From positions 22,260,001-22,324,000 of the forward strand of contig CM059432.1 of the NCBI GenBank assembly GCA_030390025.1: a DNA stretch of 64,000 nt, given 5' to 3'. The position numbers were made by a program, and so were the translations under genes. This document shows, one piece after another, positions 23,632-36,358 of the stretch. A model generated the notes under the pieces. The model was not told where the DNA came from and searched no databases. It saw only the letters and a list, made by a program, of their open reading frames with translations. The stretch is from Squalus acanthias (lineage: Eukaryota). The stretch's first letter is position 1, and each line of letters starts with the position of its first letter.

Positions 23632-24526
23632 GGGGTAAAAATTCAGTTGGTTGCGCCTCCCGTTAGCGCCTTAAGAGGGCGCTAATGGGGCGCAAAGCCG
23701 CTAACGCCCGGGCGCAGCGATGTTTACGCCGCTCGGGAAGTTAACTTGACATTGTGCGGCGGCGCTAAAACTTACCGCTGCGACCACCTGCGCGCGCAGA
23801 TTGTGACGTCATTCCATGGTGCAACGCCCTTGTGGCGCCCCGGAGCGGAAATTGAGTGGCGCCCCCTGCCTTACCGCCTGGCGCATCCAACGACCAGAAG
23901 ACTGGAACGCTATCAATCGCTGTGGGGCTGGGGGGGGGGCGCTATTTAAAGGGGGCCTCTTCCTGTCTTTTATTGTTGGTGGCATTTTTGAACTACGCAT
24001 TCTGAGAGAGAGAGGGAGAGACTTCTGGAGAGATTCAACGTTGTGTGAAGGAGTTTTGGGTACTGAGCAGCACTTTGCAGGTTCATTTTGATTTGCCATT
24101 CCTTGTATCGATTTAGCAGAGACTGTGGGAGCTGCACTCTGAGCTCTTTGCCTGGTACTCTCCATTGTTCTTTCCAGCACATTTGATGTGCAAGTCTCTC
24201 CAGGCCGAGATTCAAGGCAGCAATGAACAGGATGTGGATGGAAAGCAAGATTAACCATCCCCTTTAAGAACTGGCCCCTGTCATTGTGTGTGTGTTCCAT
24301 TGCTGACTGACATTACATGAGCTTCGCCAGCGCTCTGAGTTAGCGCCTCACTCCTCGGCCTTTGCGCCTTAAGACAGGTGTGCAGCGCCTGCTTTAGCGC
24401 TCCACTCACCTCCCGGGGCGGTAAAAGTGAAGTTTCCAGTCAGTGCCGATAATTAGCGCCAGGTGCTAATATTTGCGTCCAGATGATATTTGCGCCCCAA
24501 ATGGGGCGCGACCTAATTTCTACCCC
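23632..24526. mobile_element. Harbinger deletion derivative (895 bp) of the 15695-19846 family, in inverted orientation
   Basis: TIRs GGGGTAAAAATT / AATTTCTACCCC; TSD AAG. Its two halves match the reverse complement of ~19400-19846 and ~15695-16085. Confidence 0.93.
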
Positions 24527-24791
24527 AAGAAATACTTTGGTTCCTGCTGGGACTAAAGTTCTGGAGCATAAATTTACATCCATTCAGAACTGATATAAAT
24601 GCAGGAAACTTGTGTTCTCTGGTGTTTTGCACAAGGGGCGGAGCTATATGAATGATCCAAGTAAGTTTTGGTGGAGTAACTCGGGAGCAGTGTAAATGAT
24701 CATGGAAATTCACATGTGGCAATATTTAAAAAGAAAGCATAAATCAGGTCCATGGGAATTTTCTCAGGAACAAAATGGCACAACTCCAATC

Positions 24792-25955
24792 TGTAGAGAT
24801 TAGGCCAATTAGTAGCTTATCTCTCGTCTTTCAAATAATCAGGACCGACTGCAAACCAATATGGTGGCTATATTGTGTTTAATCAGAGTTTAAGACGGAA
24901 TATAACATGCTAGTTATACAGCAACAACATACGACCGTGACAAGCAGCTGGTACCAATCCCGATCGGACAGACGGCTGGCATGCGTGAACAGTTCTCTGG
25001 CTTCCGGCCTCTCTCTCTCTCTCGTCTGGAACCTCGAGTTGGTGAGCATGGGATCACTCTCGAAAGAGCATTCAACCAGCCCAACTTCTGCTTGGCTCTC
25101 CCCTCCACCGTTTGTATGGGCAAGCCCTCAGGGTGTTACTTTTATTCTCTTTTTAAGGGTGGGCCTGAGGCCAAATTATTGACAAGACCATTTAACCTAT
25201 AGAGGTTTCCCTAAAGCCTCATTACCTAGTGGGGCATCAAGTTCTTTGTCTCGATTCTTGGATGAAAGCCCTCCCCTACCGGAGGTGTCTTCATAATCAT
25301 TACACAGGCTTTATTGTTTATACTTTTTGAAGGCTTACCCATCGGAATTTCTCTTATCTCCCTTGTCCCTATCCTCCCTAGTTTGGAGTCAGACATGCCA
25401 TTCCCAGCCATCAGGTGTTCGTAACTGCTTGTTATCAGTTGTTTATATTCATGCTGTTCATGCAGCTTTAGCTGTGCAAAACTAACTCTTTCATTATCAG
25501 ACTATTGTACCATGGAATGAATCATTAAATTCCCGAAGATATCTTCTATTTTATTCTCATAAACTGGTTAACTTATGCATTTTAAAGCAGTTTTGTTAAA
25601 CAAATCAAAATCCTAACTTAGCATTATAATATGGTTATTAGCAGTAATGGAAGAAATATAACATTGGGCCTTGGTTGGTCAAATTAAAGATACATAAAAC
25701 AACCTTCCTAGCACATAAACAGCAGACAGCTAACCTGGAAACAAGGTCAGATGTGACCGTCACAGTGAAAAATGTTAGAACATCCGCAGGGAACCAAAAC
25801 ATAAGCAGATTCTAAGCATCTATCCAGTTATTCTAATACTAGTCTGAAGAGACTTTTTGTTTCCAGTTCTAATACCAGCCTGTAAACACAGCATTACTCG
25901 CATCACAATTTCATCCGCATAACCATATACATTTTGGACCCCCCTGATTTCTACA
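24792..25955 (-). mobile_element. Solo LTR, family B (1164 bp)
   Basis: TGTAGA...TCTACA inverted termini; 4-bp TSD AATC (24788-24791, 25956-25959). Orientation is tentative, from minus-strand TATA/AATAAA. Confidence 0.8.
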
Positions 25956-27159
25956 AATCTTACACCATAGTTACACCAAAATGTCCCAGGAAATTCCTTT
26001 TTGCTATTTGTGGGCGAGTTGGCTGCTGTGTTTCCCCACATTGCAACAGTGACTACACTTCAAAAGTACTTTGTTGGCTGTGAAGCGCTTTAAGATGTCA
26101 TGAAAGGCATTATATAAATGCAAGTTCTTAGAGCTTAGACACAGAGACAAGGCTTAGTGTCTCCCATGTCCATACAGAGAATTTAATCAGCGAAAATAAT
26201 TCAGCCTACCAGCACAGAACATTGGTAAACGTCCTAGTGCTTTTCAACTAGGACCATCATAACCATTAAGGAATTGGCGTAAAGGGCTTTCTGGAGTTGA
26301 ATGAAAAAGATCCCAGCCCTCAATAATGAACGTACTCCTCCAGTTTTCATTAGTGAGCCAGGCTGGCTGGTCAATTATCAACATTGCCTTGGAGTACTAC
26401 AGAACTGCCTGTTTTAGTTATTAGCATCTGATAGATTAATGTTTTGGTTTCTAAATTCACTCTCATTCTTGTGATTGATGTATTTCTTTCCATGTCTAGT
26501 GACAGATGAAATAGGTTAATCTACCTGTTTTAAGTGAGTGACTGAACTGAATAGGACACTTCATCAAAACACAATTGGAAGCATTGCTATGTGACAAAAA
26601 TGAAACATTTTTGTCTATGACAAACTATTTATTGGATTATTTCTTTCTTGCTGATCACAACACACACAGGGTTAAAATTGATTACTGCTAACTATTTCTA
26701 CAATCGTCAAAGGAGGTACATTATAGCATTAATATACATGGCATGGTTAAATTTGCTAATGTCTGTTATGTACAGAGCCTTAGCTACATTCTTTCTATAG
26801 CACTGTCCTGATACCTATTTGGATAAATGTCAACATATGTTGTTCATACTCTTCAGTATAGAATTACATAGAAATTACAACACGGAAGCAAATCTTTTGG
26901 CCCAATCAATCTGTGCAGGTGTTTATCTTAGAATGAGCAGTAAACCTAATCCTATGTTACTGATGGTGGAAACCATCAGGTCCTGGAAATTTGTTTGTCT
27001 TAAGTCCCATTATTTTCTTCATTAACATTTTGTGCTGATATTAAATCCACTAAGTTCCCCTTATTTTTAAGTTCCCCTGCACCACTGGTATTTAACCTCT
27101 TTCTTCACTCTGAAAACAGATACAAAGAACTCATGTAACAAGATTTTAATCATTCCACC

Positions 27160-27387
27160 GTTGGTTGCTGTGTCTTCAGCTGCCGAGGCCTTAAGCTCTG
27201 GAATTCACTTCCTAAAACTCTCTGCCTCTCTACCTCTCTTCCTTCCTATAAGACGGTCTTTGACCAGCTTTTGGTCATCTGCCCTAATAGCTCCTTATGT
27301 GACTTGGTGTCAAATTTTGTTTGTAAACCACCATGGGACGTTTTATTACATTAAAACCACTCTATAAATGCAAGTCGTTGTTGTTGT
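27160..27387 (+). mobile_element. L2-type LINE 3' end fragment
   Basis: ctctggaattcacttcctaaa...tataaatgcaagt(gtt)n terminus, shared with the SINE tails. Confidence 0.55.
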
Positions 27388-28631
27388 CTGCCATTTCCTT
27401 ATTGTCCATTATAATCTATCTTGCATCGGTCTTTAATGGGCCCACATTCCTTTACCACTCTCGTTCTCTTAATATATTTACAAAAACATTTGCTTAGCTT
27501 TGCTATTCCTTGCATGTTTTTTTCAGATTCCTTTTTTTATGCTCTTATTTCTTTATTTGTAACTCTGTTCCTTTTTATAGCTCTACCAGTCCACTGGATT
27601 TCCAATTTTCCTTTCATTTGTGCAAGCCTCTTCTTTCAGCTTGATACTGACTCTTACCTCAGTGATTGGCCTTAATTTGATTCCATTGTAAACTGATGAG
27701 ATGAAAATTTCCTGATAGCTGTTATACTTTTGCTGTTTAAAATCAGCTTAATCAAATTCTGGAGTTATGAAAATAAGCCACAGAACTCGGTTTGACATTA
27801 TTGATCCTTAACGAATTATCTCACTGGAGGCCTGCTCCCATGGGAGTGACAGAAAGTAATAATATCTCACCTTGTCAATCAGATGTCCCTGTGTAGCAAC
27901 GTGTTTCAGCTGACAGGACAATATTAATCCGATTAACGCATTAATATGTTCAATTAACTCTATGATTAAGCAGGGCTGGCTTCATGAATAAACTGTTGCT
28001 TGGGTAGATTAACCCATTATAATGAACAAATGAATGCTGACATTCTGTTCAGGCTGAAAATGGGATTTAGCTCCAGCACATATTTGTTTGTACATTTCAA
28101 ATTTCTATGGCAAAAAAGAAATGATTGAGCATTCAGTACGTGGCTGCACAATTTTATTTTTAAGTCCTTTATCTGATTAGCGTTACTTGCTGTTTCCTAT
28201 AATGAACAGTTGCTTAAGGACCCTTATCTTGTTGTACCACAAGTTGGCTACAAGTGATAGGATTTTGTCACTTCCATGCCTGTGAGGATTGTTGAGTCCC
28301 AGTGCTCATTATTCTGAACTGCTCTTTTCACTTCTGTTTAAAGGAAAATGGCATTGTTCGTTGTTGACAGTTGCAGAGCTCAGCGTATCTGCTTTGATAA
28401 CAGGGAAGAGAAAGCCTACTTACATTTCCATGGACCAAAGTTTCCCTTTATGGGAATGCAAGTCTTCACTCATCTCCATCTATTGCCATTCGTGCCCTCA
28501 CTTTATCCGCTGATCTCAAGTGGAACTTCCTCACTGCATCCATTGTTGAAGCTTTCAAATCATCATCACCAGCTTGCATTTAGATAGTATCTTTAATATC
28601 GAAAAAAAAGCCAAATACATAGAAATACGTA

Positions 28632-30553
28632 GGGCTGGATTTTGTGAATGGAGATGAGTTGGAGGCGGGACTGCTGCTTGTCATGTCAATGTCCCGCCTC
28701 CATCCTCGCCTGACCAACCAGAGGGATTTTTCCCCTGATTGACCTTGTTCAGCCCACCCTGCGGGCTCAGCAGGCCAATTAGGGAGGAAGTCAGTGACAG
28801 AGCACGTCAATGTCAGACGTGCTATCTGTCAAGACTTCTTGAAAGAAGAAATGTTAGTGTTTGACAGCTCTGTGAAGCTGTCAAACGCTGACATTCTCTG
28901 TAGTTTGATGAGTCCTTGGGTTCAGAACTCATCAATCCTTTCAACTTTGTTGATTTCACATGGCTGTTGGTTTGGAGGTTCCAACAGCCAGTCTGTGAAA
29001 TCGACAAGGAGGATGTCGGCTCTCCTGATCCAGCGTGACTGAAGGCTGTACAAAGAAAACAAGGTAAGTGAACATTTTTTTAAACTTATCACTCACCTTG
29101 AAGGGATAATTACTAGTCCTAGCCCCTTTAGGGGTACCCCGTATCAGGCGTATTCCTCAGACGTTCACTTTCAACTAAAGTTTGAGGTAGACGAATCCTA
29201 AAGACGCTTAATTGGGTCCAAAGATCTGGACTATCTCTCCCTAAAGGAAAGGTACAACCTGAAAATGTTACCGTCCTCCAGATAGCACTTTTAATAAGTT
29301 TAGCTAGACTGTAACGTTCCGGATATTATGAGGGTCCGGAAAACTCCCCCAGAATTCTGCAACTCCTCACCAAAGAGTGTACAGAAATTGAGTTTGCGAG
29401 TTTTTGATACAGAAGTCTTATGTGAGACAATTCTAAAAATATATAGATTTATTAAAGAACCGACATGCAGTCTACAGTTGGTGAGTCAATCGTCACATTA
29501 ACAGTTCCAAAAAGAGAAAGCTTACAATCCGATTATCAGAGAACCTTACTCTCAAATCTTAACTTCACTACAGTTTTACAGTTCTTAAAGTTCTATTCAG
29601 GATATCCACCAAAATCAAATACCTTTGATCCCCGAGGTACAAAGAGTTCGAGACTTGCAGAGCTGCCTCTGAAGCCAAGAATCGCTTTGCCCCTTTAAAG
29701 CGAGTCTCCTATCCCATTTGAGAGTCAATATTTATACCCTTTTCCAGTGGTATTTCCTTTAAGGTTTTCTGCTGATGTAAGCTAATTATCTCTAGTCATT
29801 TTTCTGCTGACCCCTGCAATTCTTACAGTCACCTCAGCTGGTAGCATTACAGAATTATGTCTCTTCTCTAGGTGTTCTAAGTTTACCATAAAAACGGTGT
29901 TACAGCAGGTGTGTTTTTTACTTGATGTCATTTTTACGAAGGCAGATGTTTCTTACTTTTATGTGCTTCCTTACGAAGTGTAAATTAGAACACCTTGTCC
30001 AGGGTGAACCATTGTTTCATTCCAAAAGGTTCAGCCTGCCGGAGCCTTTAACCTTCTGTTTCAATAAGGTTATTGATTCAGTGTCAACAACTATCTTATC
30101 TCTATAGCCAGAATGCTTTCACAGCTTTTTCATAGTTAGGTTTCTAGATTTCCAAACCCAGTTTGTCATGTTTTAATAAGGCCAGAATTCTTTCATAGAA
30201 TGGTGTATTTTTCTGAATAGGTTATATGGCTCATTCCTTCACAAGCTTACATACTTACCACTCCACACTTGCACCCATCACTCACCTCTACATCTTACTT
30301 CCAGGTGCCTCCGACCACCTGCAGACCTCCTTCACGTCTCCTCCAACCCGACGGGGTTCTCCAAGGTCGGGAAGCCTTCACCTGTGAAGGTAAAATGGCA
30401 CTAAGGGACCCGAAGCAGCACATCTTCCCACCTCTTGGCAAAAGGGCATGGAGGCAGGATGGGGGCGGGTTTGCCATCTGCCCCCACTTTCTGCTAATAT
30501 ACCGGCTGTCTCGCCTCCATGCCCGCCTCCTCGGGACTTGGAAAATCCAGCCC
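28632..30553. mobile_element. Harbinger-type MITE inserted in a CR1 tail and hosting a solo LTR
   Basis: Perfect 12-bp TIR GGGCTGGATTTT / AAAATCCAGCCC; flanks GTA/ATA; inverted homology to 32135-32977. Confidence 0.82.
29099..30243 (-). mobile_element. Probable solo LTR, family C (1145 bp)
   Basis: Absent from the sister MITE 32135-32977; TG...CA ends; flanks ACCT/AGCT (1 mismatch); minus-strand TATAAAT ~29736 and AATAAA ~29453. Confidence 0.65.
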
Positions 30554-30689
30554 ATAGAGTTACATAGAAATTACAATACGGAAACAAGTCCTTCGGCCCA
30601 ATCAACCCATGCTAGTGTTTACCATCCCGCGATCAAATAGTTAACCACCCTGTTCCCATGTTCCTTCAACCCCGTCTCCTTCCTCAATC

Positions 30690-32040
30690 TTGAATCTTGA
30701 AAGAAGCAGAGATTAGAAGGGGTGACCCAAAGATTGGTCAAAGAGGGCAAATAGTTGGAGGAGAGGGAGATGGAGAGGCTGAGGGCTTTAGGGAGGGAAT
30801 TCCACAACATGAAGCCTTGGTGGCTGAAGGCATGGCCAGAAATGGTGGCAAGGAGCGCTGCAACAGGGGCCAGTTGCAGAAAATGGAGTATATGTGATGA
30901 GGAGAATAGTAGTACTGGAGGAGGTTGCAGAGATAGGGAGAGGGAGGCCATAGAGGGATTTAAACACAAGGATGAGAATTTTAAATTTGAGTCCTTAGGG
31001 GTCTGGAACCCAATGTAGGTCAGTCAATGTAGGGGTGATGGGAGATTGGGACTCGGTATAGGACATCGCAGATTCTTGGATGAACTGAAGGTTAGAGAGT
31101 ATAGAGGATCTGAGGCTGGTTATGGGAACATCGGAATAATCAAGTTTGGAGGTTTCAATGGTATGAATGAGGGATTCAGTAGCAGATGGGCTGTGGTAGG
31201 GGTAGAGGTTAACCATGTTACAGAGCTGGAAGTATGTGGTCTTTATAATGGAACACATATGGGGTTGCAAGCTAAGCTCAGGGTCCTTGGGGGACTCTGG
31301 AGGTGACGTGCTGGGTGGGAGGAGAAGATATTGCTTGAACTGCTCTACCTATGATTGGATAGTAATAATAGAACCAAGCAAGGGCTTTCCATGGAGCTAG
31401 ACACAGAGCAGAGATATTGGAGATGGTTGGTGTAATTGGCCAGTCACAGGCTGCAGAGAGGTCAAGCAGGGATAATCAATCACGGGCACAAAGAATGTCA
31501 TTAGTGACTGATAAGAGTTGTTTTGGTGCTGTGGGAGAGGCGGAAGTCAGATTGGAGGATCTCAAACAGGAAGTTTCAGGACTGTTGGCCATAAATCTAT
31601 GAGGTGAGAACAGGAGGATTGGATTTGGGGTGGTAGTTAACAAGGCAGACGGGTTCATGGTGTGTATTTTGAGGGTTGTTGATCACAGCAGTTTTGGAAG
31701 GGAGGGGAACAGTGCCTGAGGTGAGGGAACCATTTGCAATATCAGTTAACATGTGGGACCAGAAGTTAGGTGGTCAGGAGTTTAGTGGGAATGAGATCAA
31801 GAGTGCAGGAGGTGGGTCCATGGCTGAGCTTGGAGAGGGTGGGGAGTAGAAATGAGAGAGAAAGTTTGGCTTATTGTGCAAAGGGAAGGGGTGGTAGCAG
31901 CAAAAGCAGCTGAAAAGATAGTCTGTATCTTTGTGATGAATAAATCCATGAGCTGCTCACCCTTGTTAGAGGTGAGGGTAGAGGATGCAGGGAAGAAAGG
32001 TTTAAGGATGTGATCTGTAGTAAAGAAAAGGAACCTAAAT
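30690..32040 (-). mobile_element. Old L2 LINE fragments (RT and C-terminus)
   Basis: PHMCSIIKTTYFQLCN..ESLIHTIETSKLDYSD..ITPTLTDLHW and TASPTAPKQLLSVTNDIL are typical degraded L2 ORF2 motifs. Confidence 0.75.
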
Positions 32041-32134
32041 TTATTGTTGGCAAACACTTCTTTTCAATTTAGGGAGAAGGCGAAGGTGAAGAGGCAGAAG
32101 AATTTTGTGAGGAAATTCCAGATCATGGATCCTA

Positions 32135-32977
32135 GGGGGCGATTTTCCCAGCACTGGGGAGGTGGGTAAGGAGGCGGGACCGATGGGAAAATGTCAGAAT
32201 CTGGGAGCGGGTACCCATCCCGCCCCCAACCCACCTCTGTGCCATCTTCCCAGGAGGCGGGTACCCAACCCGCGCCAGGTCCCGTCTCCTCGAGGCGGGA
32301 AGGGGATTAGTGCCAATTAACTGCCTGTTAACAGGAAGTTAACAGGCAGTTTTTTTGATAATCCTTATTTTGAGCCCTAAAGTGTGGGCTTCCCGACGGC
32401 TCCGAAGCTGGCCAGGGTCAGCGAGGCGAGCCGTGGGTCTGCGGGGGTCAGAGGGGCCGAAATATCCGGTGTGCAGGTGAGTGATGAGTGCAAGTGTGGA
32501 GAGGTAAGTGTGTGAGGTGAGTCTAAAGTGTTTTAATGATTACTTACCTTTGCTTCTTCCTCCAGGCTTCATCCCTTTAGGCTGCGGAGCTGCCTCATCT
32601 CACTAACAGAGAAAGCAGAATGACCGCAACATTCTTAAATGCAGCAGCCTTCTGCTTTCTGCTGAGGAAAGCTTTCTAAGTGAGTCTTGAGTACAAGGAC
32701 TCACCAAAGAACAGAGATTGTCAGTGTTTGACAGCTTTTCAAAGCTGTCAAATGATGACAATTGATCTGTCAAAATTTTTGACAGATGAAACGTCATACG
32801 CTGATGTTCTCTATCACTGGCTTTCCCTTAATTGGCTGGCTAAGCCCGCTGGGCGGGCTTAACAAGCCCAATCAAGGGAAAATAGCGTGGGTTGGCCAGA
32901 CGTCGATGGAGGCGGGACTAAAACCCGACAAGCAGCTTTCCCACCTCCATCACGTCTCCATTGATAAAATCACCCCC
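32135..32977. mobile_element. Harbinger-type MITE, sister of 28632-30553 in opposite orientation
   Basis: TIRs GGGGGCGATTTT / AAAATCACCCCC; CTAG overlaps both ends, so the TSD register is ambiguous. Confidence 0.82.
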
Positions 32978-34290
32978 TAGATAGCTGAAGGCATGTTTCT
33001 AAGAGGTATAATAAGGTGCTATATAAATGCAAGTTGATCATCTGTCCTTCCTCCCTTCCACTTACATGAGGGGCTGAGGCCTATTGCGCAGGACACCACC
33101 AAGGTTGAGTAAGAGAGAGGATGAAGTAAGCCAAGAAGCAGTGCTTCGGTGACAAGTTTGAAAAGCCTGCAGAGTCTAGAAGGAAGGGAGGACTGAGTAG
33201 GTAAGAAGTTCCATAGTTTCCAAGAGATTATAGGAAAGGATGAGTTTGACTAGGCGACAGTACAATGAAGGAACTTTCTAAGTACACGCTGGCGGCGACC
33301 TTGGCTCTGACTTTCCAATATGTGCTGCTGGTGAGCAACGTTTCCCACCGTTGGGGAATACTTGGAAAATTAGCCCTAAAGGGTCTTGATTTCAATGCAG
33401 TGAGGATGAAGGGAGCTAAAAACGTATTTAAATTCTGTACATTAGCACACAAGCCCTGCATGCAGCAAATTAGCCTTGCTGTAACCATTCCATTCCTCTG
33501 GAAGAGTTGTTATTTATAGCACAGATCTATATTTTATGTTCACTAAGAGGAAGAAACAGAATGCCCAGTTTTTAAAGTAGCATACTCCAAATGTGTGGAA
33601 ATATTAAAAGGTCTGAGGCCAGTGTAATAGCCTAGAAGAAAACACCTATGAGGTTTAGTATTGAAGTAGTTGAAATTTATATTAAAAAGCCCATGAGTGC
33701 AAAGGGTTATTATACGCTTTGCAATTTTTATAAATGAGCTGATATTTATGGCACTTAGTTTCAAGTTACCATAGTAACTGATTAAAAACAATCTGTATAA
33801 AGGAAAGTACAAACCTCAGTCAGATTGAAATGAACTGAAAAATTAATCTGAACACCTTCAATTTCTGGAGTGACTATTGAAAACGCTTAAGGGGTGATTT
33901 TATCAGCCAGTAGTTTTTGGACGGGCAGTGGGCAGGGCAAGCATGCTGTCCGTCCAACGTCATCAGTGCCAGGCCCGGACCATTTTAATGGTCGGGCCTC
34001 ATTTGAATTTGATTGGCAGGCTGCCCACATGATCGTGGCATTGACAGGCATCTGGTCCACTTGAAGGGCAGGTTTTCCTGTGGGCCCAAATCCAAAATGC
34101 TGTTGGCCTTTCTATGACTTTATCTACCTGCATAGAGTATGGTAAGAAGGTACATGCCAAAGGCCAATGGTTGTGTACAATACTGTAAATTGTACCTCCC
34201 AAAGGATGCATGAGTTCCAAATTTGATTTGTGCCATGCCTGATGGGCCCTATAAGAAATGTGTACAAAAGTGAGGAGCACACCTACCTTC

Positions 34291-35335
34291 TCTTCTCTTC
34301 TTAGGCAGTCCCTCGGAACCGAGGATGACTTGCTTCCACATTAAAAATGAGTTCGCAGGTGACTGATGAGTCCAATGCGGGACCTACAGTCTCTGTCACA
34401 GGTGGGGCAGACGGTGGTTGAAGGGGCGGGTGAGTGGGTTGCTTGGGTTGATGTGCGCTCCTTGCGCTGCCTGCGCTTGGCTTCCGCTTGCTCCTGGCGA
34501 AGAGACTCAAGGTGTTTGGCGCCTTCCCGGATGCTTCTCCTCCACTTTGTGTGGTCTTGGGCCAGGGATTCCCAGGTGTCGGTGGGGATGTTACACTTTT
34601 TCAAAGAGGCTTTGTGGGTGTCCTTGAAGCGTTTCCTCTGCCCACCTGGGGCTCTCTTGCCGTGCCGGAGCTCCGATTAAAGCGCTTGTTTTGGGAGTCT
34701 CGTATTGGGCATGCGGGCAATGTGACCCGTCCATCGGAGCTGATCGAGCGTGGTCAAAGCTTCGATGCTGGGGATGTTGGCCTGAGCGAGAACACTGACG
34801 TTGGTGCGCCTATCCTGCCAATGGATTTGCAGGATCTTGCGGAGGCAGCGTTGGTGGTACCTCTCCAGTGCTTTGAGGTGACTGCTGTACATGGTCTATG
34901 TCTCTGAGGCATACAGCAGGGCGGGTATCACTGCTGCTCTGTAGACCATGAGCTTAGTGCCGGGTTTGAGGTCCTGGTCTTCAAAAACTCTCTTCCTCAG
35001 GCGACTGAAGGCTGCACTGGCACACTGAAGGCGGTGTTGGACTTCGTCATCGACGTCTGCCCTTGTTGACAGTAGGCTCCCGAGGTATGGAAAGTGGTCC
35101 ACGTTGTCCAAGGCCTTGTCGTGGATTTTGATAATCGGGGGCAGTACTGTGTGGCGGGGGCAGGTTGGTAGAGGACCTTTGTCTTACGGATGTTTAGTGT
35201 AAGGCCCATGCTCTCGTACGCTTCAGTGAAGGTGTTGACGATGGTTTGGAGTTCGACCTCCGAGTGAGCGCAGGCGCAAGCATCGTCTGCATATTGTAAT
35301 TCAATGACAGAGATGGGACGACCTTGGATCTGGAT
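34291..35335 (-). mobile_element. RTE-clade LINE, 5'-truncated
   Basis: ELQYADDAC, GLTLNIRKTKVL, FPYLGS, LLYASET, QLRWTGHIARM, terminal CPTCDRDCRSRIGLISHLRTH; GAA-rich tail; candidate TSD TACCTTC (34284-34290, 35336-35342). Confidence 0.92.
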
Positions 35336-35984
35336 TACCTTCACCTTCCTGCTGATATCAATAAACTTCTTCCTTATCTACAGCTAGAAATAAGAGACCT
35401 GGTGACTGCATTGACTTTGTCAGTGACCTCTCTTCACACAGTACATGTGTTTTTTCATAAGGACAGCCTTCAGTTCCATGTAGGGCCATCATTTTTTGGA
35501 ATAATTCTTGTTGACCTTTTCTGTCAACACCGCAACTTCCCCTCTAACGATGAGCTGCAGCCCTTTAATTGGAACAAATTGGCTGCCACATGTCCCTCCG
35601 TGACCACCGTGGCTATACCTCAAAAAGTATTTCATTGGCTATGAGCACTTTGTGACATCCTGAGGTTGTGAAAGGCGCTTTATAAATGCAAGTTCTTTCT
35701 TTGAACAACATTCTTGCTTTTTTGGAAAATTGGGGATAATATGCACAGGAGAGTTATATCCAATAGCACATGTATTATTATAGAATAGGTGGGTGTTCAA
35801 TGGCATTGCCGATGGTGAGGAGGAGAATATGCTGCTTTGCATCGATAGGAATGCCATGTGCAGTGAAGTTGATTGCAGTTTTATAGACTGGAATGTTAGA
35901 TGCATGGGGGAAAGAAATAGGTAATAGAGTGGAAATGAGTGGAGAGGGAAAGGAAGTGATTAACTAAGCGAAACAGGCGAGAAT

Positions 35985-36358
35985 TAAATAATTACTGGAG
36001 CAGAAAGAGGCGGGCATAAAATAAATAAATAATGATGCGTGAAAAAGTCAGCATAAAATTCATCAATAAATAATGAGCATGAAGAGAGCAACACTAAATA
36101 AATAATGGGGCAGGAAAACCCTAGTATGAAGCAAATAGATGAATAATGGAGTGGAGGGGGGGGGCATGAAATAAGTAAATGATGGAACAGGAAGAGGTTG
36201 GTATGAAATAAATCAATCAATATTAGCATAGGTGGAGGGATGCATTAAGTAAATAATGGAGCAGGAAGAGGGATGTATGAAAAAAAATAATCATGGACAG
36301 ACAGAGGCTTGTACCAAATGAATTAATAATGAAGAGTGAAGTGGTTGGTATAAAATAA
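35985..36358. repeat. Degenerate minisatellite, ~30-40-bp unit, about 10 copies
   Basis: Recurring variants of aaataaataatggagcaggaagagg..catgaa. Confidence 0.6.

Noticed and set aside
27692..27710. CTGATGAgatGAAA as a hammerhead ribozyme core
   Set aside because: There is no room for stem II and no convincing stems I/III.
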